Source of the DNA: Chrysomallon squamiferum
Lineage: Eukaryota > Animalia > Mollusca
Assembly (NCBI GenBank): GCA_012295275.1
Contig: CM022673.1
Location: forward strand, 3,472,001 to 3,536,000
DNA length: 64,000 bases
Direction of reading: 5' to 3'
Made by a program: the position numbers and the translations under genes. The notes beneath the pieces are model-generated. The model saw only the letters and a program-made list of their open reading frames with translations. It was not told the DNA's origin and did not search any database. Position 1 is the first letter of the stretch, and every line of letters starts with the position of its first letter. Of the stretch, positions 54,760-64,000 are shown in pieces.

Positions 54760-55260
54760 GCCCTAGGCGTGTCCCTTGCCGGTATGGACAGTCTGCACTA
54801 TCGTCTCCCTACCCATCCGAACTGCAGAGCAGTCGCCGTTTTTCTTCTTCAGTCAACTCGACGGCGTGACCTTCGCGACCTTCTCCTGTCACGGCAAAAG
54901 ACTGAGTCAGTCGATCAATATCGGGCCGCGCAGCCAGCGATTCGTAATTTCGATTTTCTTAGTCGCGTAGCAACGCTCTTCATACCTGTGCTTATTTTCC
55001 CCAGCACTCGTTCGCTCGCTCTCTCGCTGTTGCAAACGTGTGTAGTTACAAAATAAAGAAAATCCGGCTGTTTAACATTCTCTGGAAATCGCGGCAGAAG
55101 ACATGCGCGATTATGAGAGCGGATAATTACTGGTGAGCTCGACATCCATAATGGTATTGGCAGGCCCGCGAGTTCGAGGATTATGTACACACAGATACTC
55201 CGTTCCAGAGAGCAGGAAACAATCCAGGATAAACGACCAAGGCTAGCGAGAAAAATACAT
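54760..55260 (-). promoter_or_regulatory. CpG-island-like promoter/5'UTR of the PPxY gene
   Basis: Marked GC/CpG enrichment immediately upstream of the MATEE exon. Confidence 0.5.
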
Positions 55261-56072
55261 CGAGGATGTGTAACGTATACGATGTATTTATTTACAACGT
55301 TCGTTTACTAACGGTTAAAGTATGCCATAAACCTTAGCTGTTCGTAGTTATAATCTGAAAAGTGATTTCCTCAAGGTTTTCGCCATTCTCTTCGTTATTA
55401 CTTATTACTTCTAAAGAGAACTGAAGATGATCTTCAGAAATTTATAAAATCCAGACTTACGGCATTGCAATAACTTATAAGAAAATCGTGTTCGTGGTTG
55501 TCGTTATCGCTGTAGTTTTCTTTATTTCCAGTCGTGTTTCTGTTACATTGTTTTGTCTGTTCCTGTAGTATTTTTGTTTTTGTTTTATGTTTTTGTTTTT
55601 TCTCTTTCTTAAAATAGTCCACTTTTTTCTTCGTGGTTTTTTTTTTTTTTTTTTTTCTTTCTTCTTCTTTGATTTTTTCTTTCATGCTTTCATTTCATTT
55701 TCTTTTTTTCTTTTTTCTTTTCTTTTTCTTTTTATTCTGATAGGCCTATTTTTTTTTTTTTTTTTTTTTTTTGCTAATCTTGTTATTTTGACTATTTTCA
55801 CTTTTATTGTTGGCGGTCTTGTTGTTGTCTGGTTTCGGTAACACTGTATGTAACGATGCTATTTTTTGGAAACAAAGTCTGCCACTTTTTATATTTCTAG
55901 CACGTTTGATGTTTGGATGTTGCATTACTGAATATCCACTTTTACATATCAAATTCGCACCACAGTGTACGCGAGAACACACATAAACAAATGTTATATC
56001 ACAGAGAGCCAGGAATCAGTGAAAGGATCAAAATACCCATACAAACGTGTTCAGACAGACAGACAGACAGAC

Positions 56073-56146
<74 letters not shown>

Positions 56147-56866
56147 TTGCTAACAAACACCAATCTACGTTTTCTTTATCTTCCACTGATATATATATAT
56201 ATAACATATATGCAAAAGAAATCATGGTGTAAATATAGTATTTATCATTTCTTTCCAAACTCCCATTGAGAAAGGAAATGGAAAACGAGACACAAGAGTG
56301 CTCCCTTGTTACCACTGTCTGCACGAGTAATTGGCGTTTCACAACTCCTGCAGATCACAAGATTGTTTCTGAGTGGTGGTCTGCAAGCCGAGCTGATTGC
56401 CATGCTGCTTAATTACAGCTTTTTTCTAAATAATCGTGAATTCCAATGTTGGTTATTAACATGCCTAACGAACACATAAATTTGTATTATTACTCATTAA
56501 AGGCAAAGAAAACATACGTAACTACATGTATTTACATCTGACTCAGATTTTCTGACACGTTTTCGCTTATTTTAAATTTACGTAGGTTTAATGGGATCGA
56601 TTTGTTTCAAGATCCATCTTTCACCGCTGTGATATTTTGGAATTTCAAACAGCCAGCGTCTCACGAGAGTTTCTGAAAGGATACCTACATGTGCTATGGT
56701 GCAGTTCGCGTAAATGATCCATAGCAAAAAAAACAACAAAAACACAAGACAATAATTATTATGGCTGTTTGATGTTTCCGGTATCGTTAAAATCATATAA
56801 ATAATAACCAGTAATATAAGCATTTAATAAGATGTCGTTAAGCTTACGTTTAATCATTCATTGCTA

Positions 56867-56947
<81 letters not shown>

Positions 56948-59261
56948 AACTCATTACCTGTTTTTTTACGTTCATTTTTTTTTTTAATCCTAAAACAGCT
57001 GTGTTTTTTTGGGCATGAAACGCTCAGTTACTTTCGATTTTCGATTCTACCTAAAATTGCCCGGAGAACAGCGATTTGTCTCCAGTCATGACATCAATGA
57101 AACACCAGGTTTTTCTTAAGAGAATTGATTTATTATTCATTACGGGCTGTGTACTGACAATCCCCAGATAGGCCTTGCTTCCTCCGCAACCGCGAAGTGC
57201 GCGCAGTCAGAGGAAGCTAAGTGCAGAGGTCTGTCTCCGCGATCCATCAAATACCTGTTCTTTTCCCAGGCACGATCAGTTACATTAATTACTGATATAC
57301 AACACACGATCTATTAGGTTCACTGCAGAGAACCAAAAAAAAAAAAATAAAATAAAATAAAAATAATAATAAAAACACCCAACAACAACGTAAAAACAAA
57401 TAACAGATATTTGTTTAAGCAATAGGAAAAACAGATCAATGAATGGGTGTGTATGTTTTGTAACATCATACGATGTAAATAAAATCACAGTGAGTAGGTT
57501 TGAAGATCTAAAAACGCACTATCTTTGATCATGTTTCGAAGCAGAAATAAATTAAGGACACACACAGAGAGAGAGAGACACACACAGAGAGAGAGAGAGA
57601 GGGGGAGAGGGAGAGGGAAGGGGAAGGAGAGGGGAGGAAGATGGAGAGAGGGGGCAACTACAATTTAGTAAAATGATCCTTCTATCGAAAATAAAATATC
57701 GAATAATTATCTGAAGAAAAAAAACAACATAACAACTAATAATTATAAGCAAAGAATGAAAAATGAAAGAAAAAGACAAAAGAAAGAAAAATTAAAGAAA
57801 GAACAATTGCATATAGATAATGATTAACTCTAGGAACTGGACAAGTGAAAATAAACATAATTCCTTTTTATCAAGCAGAAAATCGGCGTATCTCCATCTG
57901 GTCAGACGCCATTTTAATGTCAGACTAATCTCGTGTCTCTGGTTGTTCTGCTGCGGGGATTTATCGGGAGAGCGATATCGAAGTTTCGATCAGAGCATAA
58001 CAACATTAGACCTGACATGAGTCTTTGATTTCTTCTCATTCGCAAGGTGAAGCACGACGGGTTAAAAGATGAATGTAAAAACGAAAAGGAAAAAATACAT
58101 ATTTCTGTTTAGTCAATTGAAATACTGATGCGTCGTAATGCAGTTCCTGCTAGTATGAATTAGCCAAATGAAATGGTTCTTCAAGGAAAAACACAAATTA
58201 TGAATTGAAATAATTTTTCACTTTACCGTGCCTGCAGATATTACTATTACTACATCAACTACTACTGTTACTTCAGCAGATGATAGATACTTCTTCCACT
58301 ACCACTAATTATATTATTACTTCAAATATTAATGATGATAATAATAGTACATTTTACAAAGTAAAAATTACTAACAGAAGTAAATTGTTAAACAAATATT
58401 TATTACTGATTTGTAATCCATAGAACTCTTTCATTAGTCTATAGTGTTCCGCCCATACAAAAAAAAAAAAAAAAAAAGAAAGAAAAAAAAGAAGGATGGT
58501 TGCCATACGTTCGAGTCTGACATTTGCGAAGTTGTGACTGGACTTTGTCCTCCTCTGCTTTCCCGAATATTGTCCATGTTCAGTCTCATCAGATTCATTT
58601 CTAAACACGTACGTTCATACACACACATACACACATACATACATACACTATAACTATATGTATGCTTGTGTAGGTAAGTATGAGGTCTGTTATACATACA
58701 CAGAGTTACACACTTGCATTTCTATCAGTAGAATAAAACACGTGATTTAGTGGAATACTATTGCTAAACACGGATATTAGAAGAAAGTGTCTGATGTCTA
58801 GAATAACTAAATTTACAACAAAAGACCACAACGTCATCTAATTCATTTTAAACAAGGAGCAGATAACTGCATTATACATGAGAACAGAGAAAACGTCGGC
58901 CTGTGTATTTGGAATAACTAATACATTTTCTCTCGTATAATAACAAGAAAAAAACGGTAGCACAAAATTACTTTATTATGGTAACAAAATACAAACCCAC
59001 AATATTTTACTTATAACAATACAAAAACGACATAAATCTGCAATGAATGAATTTGTTAAAAAAAAGAAAAAAAAAAAGTTTAATAATAATTATAATTTAC
59101 CAGTTGGATCATGACGTTGCGTGTACGTGACGCTATTGATATTTTCAATTTTTAATTTCTATGGAAATATTTTAAAACAAACTGGTTTGCTGTGTATGCG
59201 ATGACGTCACGATTGTTATTGTTGTTTATCATTATTATTATGCACATATTTTGAAATGTGC

Positions 59262-60270
59262 AAATATTTAGCGCGATTTGCCGACCTGCGCTATATTTAA
59301 ATTGGGCTGCGCATTATTACGATCCTACGACTGTGCGTCAGTCTCGAAATCTCGCAAGTCACTTCCTGCGCGTTTACCGATTCTGCGCTGTCTTGCGATG
59401 CTAACTTGACACGTGACCGTTAGCATCTAGACCTAGCCATGACCAAAACCTAAATATTTCCACAGCTGTAAACAAATAAAAAATTAAAAACCAATCAAAC
59501 AAACAAACAATTCAGATTTCTCGGTATATTTTACTTAAAAATACAGTCACTGGGTAGAAGGAATAAAGAGAAAACAGCAAATCATTTCTTACCACAAATC
59601 ATTAGTTTCTATTTTCGATACTTTAAATGAGTTTAGGGCATCAAGAATCAATCTTCATTTTACAATGTTTTGACTACGAGAGGAATATTTTTATTTACTC
59701 CTTGTTTTTTTTCTTCAGTATCTCTGGGGGGCGAAGGGGAAGAGCCGTAATTACGCTAATACAAAAAAAAAAAAAGAGTCTGGCCTTTGGTAAGAATATA
59801 TTTTCAATTCGTACGAGGATAATTTAGTCAACATTTATTAGTTTTCAAAAATATATTTTATGAGTTATTAATTTATGTCCCAGTGTATCTTTTAATTCAC
59901 TCATTTGTATTCTACTTGACTTCTATTACGTTCTGGTGTAGACATCCCATACATTTATATTGCCTGATAGTGTTACGAAGAATTAACTGCAACTTTCCTT
60001 TCCCAAATGCACCGACAACAACATCAAAACGATGATGATGATGAACAACACGATAGGGCGTGTGTGATACGTTTGAGGCCGGGTCTGGTGTAGCACTGAA
60101 CAGATTACGTAAGTCGGGTGTTGGTGCAATTTAAACCTTAGGAAGGGCGCAGGTGATAATTGATTTGCCTTGCGCAATCTCGGAAATGCGCGAGTTTTTA
60201 CTGATTGTAAAACTGCGCAGCGCAATCTTAAGACACCGCAAATCGGCAAAACGCGCGGCAGATAAATATT
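59262..60270. mobile_element. Old non-autonomous TIR element (~1 kb) with degenerate TGCGC-rich inverted ends
   Basis: Left end gcgcgatttgccgacctgcgctatatttaaattgggctgcgcattattacgatc (59271-) aligns with the reverse complement of 60205-60256 (gcgcgttttgccgatttgcggtgtcttaagattgcgctgcgcagttttacaatc). Outer aatattta/taaatatt also pair. Confidence 0.55.
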
Positions 60271-60762
60271 CGGAATATATTTAGACTATTTCTTTGTATT
60301 ACAACAAGTTTACTGAATTGTAAAGTATACATCCTCTTTCAAACGGTTTTATTGGCGATCTTATGTTCGCCTCAGTAATAAGTTTAACGAATTACAAAAC
60401 TAATTTCTTTGTTGTATGCAGAAATAATTAATATACCAAAGGCGAAGTAAAGCAATATTGTATAAAATGTCAAAACATTTCGTAAAAAGAAGATTATATA
60501 TTTTTAAAAGGAGCATATATAAGTTTTCCCCATGAGCAGAAAAAGTTTTTTTTTTTTTTTTACAAAAACCATTTTTATTTATAACGTTGATTTTAAAAAT
60601 AAATGAATCAATAAATAAATATGAATTTAATGATAATTTGCATTCAGTGCATCATTATACATTTTTTTTTCTAAATAAAAAATAGATATGGTCTGATCTG
60701 TTTAAAATATATAAACTAAAATCACATTAGGAAATATGTTTTGAAATAATAACCTCAGTCCA

Positions 60763-60862
<100 letters not shown>

Positions 60863-61790
60863 CATAATGTGTATGTATCTATTCATCTCTCATTCTTTCT
60901 GTCGTTATCTCTCTCCCTCTCGCTTTTAACAATAATGACAATAACTACAGAAGTGTAATTTACTGACCATACTGTGTTTCATTCTTTGGTTGCATAGTAA
61001 CGTATTGCATTGTTATGTTTCTGAAAACACATAAATACTGAAAAAATGTGTATATTTGTAATTATGTGTGCGTGAATTGTGAACGTGTTTACGAGTGTGT
61101 GTGTGTGTGTGTGTGAATGTGTGTGTGTTCGTGCGTGTATGTGTGTGTGTATGTGTGTCTGTGTACCTATATGTAAGCATGTCTCTGTATGTCTGCTTGT
61201 GGGTGTCTGGGTTTACAGTTATTACTTTCTCAAACAATAAACAACTGGTAAATACTTTGGCACTATTACAACAACTAGCTGTCGCAGTTGCAAAAACAAA
61301 CAAACATTAACAAACAAGGCTTGAATCGCACAAATGCATTGTACCACAGGGGTTTACTTTGGATGTTTTATATTCAAGCTGAATCGCCATTTGACTTTTA
61401 CACTTATTTTAAGATAGATAAGTTTTAATGCTTTTCAACCAAACCGTCGTCATAAATAAAAATCACATCATTAAGAATTAAGATCACAGCACTTGTTCAT
61501 TGTCGTATTGTGTCCACAAAAAATCTTCACAGAGTGAGTCGTCGTTGATAGCGGGAAATTACTCGTCACCAGAATGTCCGATAGGCGGAAGATTCACACG
61601 TTATAAATCTGCTACCTCGTTTGTACTTTACGTCACTTTACGTTACGTTACGTTACTTTCGTTTCTATTCACTTAAACACGAACCTAGACAAACTACTGC
61701 GTTCATTTATCATTAGTCCACCATTAATCCTTTCACCCACAGCTTCTTAGCACTAACTTTCTCGTATTACGTCAGGAGCGTCCATAAAGA

Positions 61791-61992
61791 TCATTTCACG
61801 TCAGAAAAGCGGAATTTCAATGGTGTCAGCGGGGTGTTTATCGTTCTGAAGTCGTAGCGCATCTCTTCTTCGTGTTCATATTCGATCTCAAAGTTCTGTA
61901 AAATCTGTAAGGAAGAGGGAAGAAAATAATAAATATCAATATAAAACAAAAACAAAAAACAAAAAAAACAACCAATATATATATATATTTTT

Positions 61993-62083
<91 letters not shown>

Positions 62084-62565
62084 AAGCTTTGGTATATGTT
62101 TTCCAGCTAATAAGAACAAATATCTTTGGTAACAATATGTTTTCCTGAGTTTCAGATATAATGGAAAATAATCAGTCAACTGGGTAAAAGAGAGAAAGAG
62201 ACAGACAAATATCAAGGGAGTTCCCATGAATTAAACATTTATATGTATTTTCCCGTTACACAGTTTTTCTGAATGGAAAATACATATATACATAAATATA
62301 TATATAATTTGTACATTTTGTTAACAATTTTTGCTCTTTTGTATTTAATTTCAAAACCAACCTTTATCAGCGCTAAGGATACTTCTTGCTCGGCAAACAG
62401 TTTTCCGAGACACCGTCTCTTGCCGAAGCCGAACGGCAGGTAGGTAAAGGGACGCAACCTCATCTTGACGTCGTTCCGCAGCCAGCGTTCCGGCCTGAAG
62501 CGCTGAGCGTCCTGCACGAACTCCTCACACTGAGACGTCAGGTCCGTGTGAATCCCGAAAAACGT
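61791..62565 (-). CDS. Cytochrome P450, last two exons (probably mitochondrial clan); upstream exons not found in the window
   Basis: Exon 62565-62362 (phase 0/0) encodes FRPERW and the heme motif PFGFGKRRCLG. Exon 61904-61791 encodes ILQNFEIEY...PLKFRFSDVK*. Boundaries are GT-AG. Clan assignment is inferred from the GxRxCxG context and the C-terminus. Confidence 0.93.
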
Positions 62566-62686
62566 CTGCAATCATTATTATTATTGTTGTTGTTATTGCT
62601 ATTATTATTATTAGTTATTATTGTTATTATTATTATTATTGTTATTATTATTGTTATTATTATTATAAGAATTATTATTATTATTA

Positions 62687-62725
<39 letters not shown>

Positions 62726-62745
62726 GTTTATTATTAGTATTTATT

Positions 62746-62787
<42 letters not shown>

Positions 62788-62794
62788 ATCATCA

Positions 62795-62875
<81 letters not shown>

Positions 62876-62920
62876 GTTATTATTATTATTATTATTATTA
62901 TTGTTGTTGTTGTTATTATT

Positions 62921-62992
<72 letters not shown>

Positions 62993-63501
62993 GTTATTAT
63001 TATAGTTGTTGTTGTTGTCGGATAGACCAGACTGGCCGCTTTATACTCGAATTTTCGAATTAATTTTTTTTTTTTCGTCGATGTTTTTCTATTACCGCCG
63101 CGAAACAGTTCAGCCAGACATAAAAGTTAATTGTACAGTTTGTTAACAGCAAAGCCGAGTTGCGTGATTTTACGTCGACGCTGACCCCGTGTACAACGTC
63201 ATGGTTGACGACGTAAGGGTTTGTATGTTGTTGTTGTTCCATAACCACATGCATAATCACACACACAAATAAACACGCACGCACACACACACACACGCGC
63301 ACACACACACCTACACATAAACACACACATACACACACTAATACACACACGCACACACAAACACGCACACACACACAAACAAACACACACACACACAGAA
63401 AACCTATAAAATGTATATATCTATTTTACAAAATATGTGTATGTGTGTGTATGTAATAATTTTGTAAGGAATTTATGTGTGTATATATGCGTATATACAA
63501 T

Positions 63502-63532
<31 letters not shown>

Positions 63533-63586
63533 TTGTAAATGCATGTGTGTGTGTATATTCACAAAATGAGAGAGAGAGAGAGAGGG

Positions 63587-63672
<86 letters not shown>

Positions 63673-64000
63673 TTTAATAATATATAATAATATATAAAAC
63701 GTATAAAATAATATATGCACATCGCTATATTTCACCTCAACGTTTTCGAATATTTTTCCCATTTATTATCAATAAATTTTAATAACTGTCTCTTCACGTA
63801 AACAAAATTACCCGAACGTGTTATTTTAATAAAAAAAACTTGCCTTTTCTGCACTTACTCGGTTTTAACAGTTGCTCTGTGCATTAACAATGAACAAAAT
63901 ACCTATGCGCGTTCTCAATAATATGCTGCCTTTTTGAACGTAACGAAAAGGTTCATTTATCTTTTTATTATTATTATTATTATTATTAATCGTCAAAACA

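Noticed and set aside
62386-63063. 225-aa + strand ORF
   Set aside because: Antisense of the P450 exon running into an (ATT)n microsatellite.
63020-64000. Upstream P450 exon (ExxR/K-helix region)
   Set aside because: No ExxR or GYxIP-like frame with splice sites was found. The exon presumably lies beyond the window.

Overview
AT-rich, microsatellite-laden animal genomic DNA with spliceosomal GT-AG introns. Gene style and repeats suggest an invertebrate, possibly a mollusc or other lophotrochozoan (inference only). From left to right: (1) the last two exons of a very large Ser/Thr-rich mucin/proteoglycan-like gene (+) with three internal repeats and an unusual basic, Tyr-rich C-terminal tail; (2) a complete 9-exon SDR gene of the HSDL1/17-beta-HSD12 family (-, 357 aa), convergent with it; (3) a gene-sparse, CpG-retaining ~47 kb stretch with an orphan gene (-) carrying a PPxY motif and a C-terminal PDZ-type motif, a small transcript with a transmembrane-like exon, a decayed Mutator-like (MULE) element, several inverted repeats, minisatellites and enhancer-like islands; (4) the last two exons of a cytochrome P450 (-), probably mitochondrial clan. 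Most ORFs in the supplied track are microsatellite or antisense artefacts. No rRNA, tRNA or CRISPR is supported. I see no clear multi-gene novel system. The best leads are the bipolar mucin-like protein, the orphan PPxY/PDZ protein and the ~400-bp inverted repeat enclosing an enhancer-like island.
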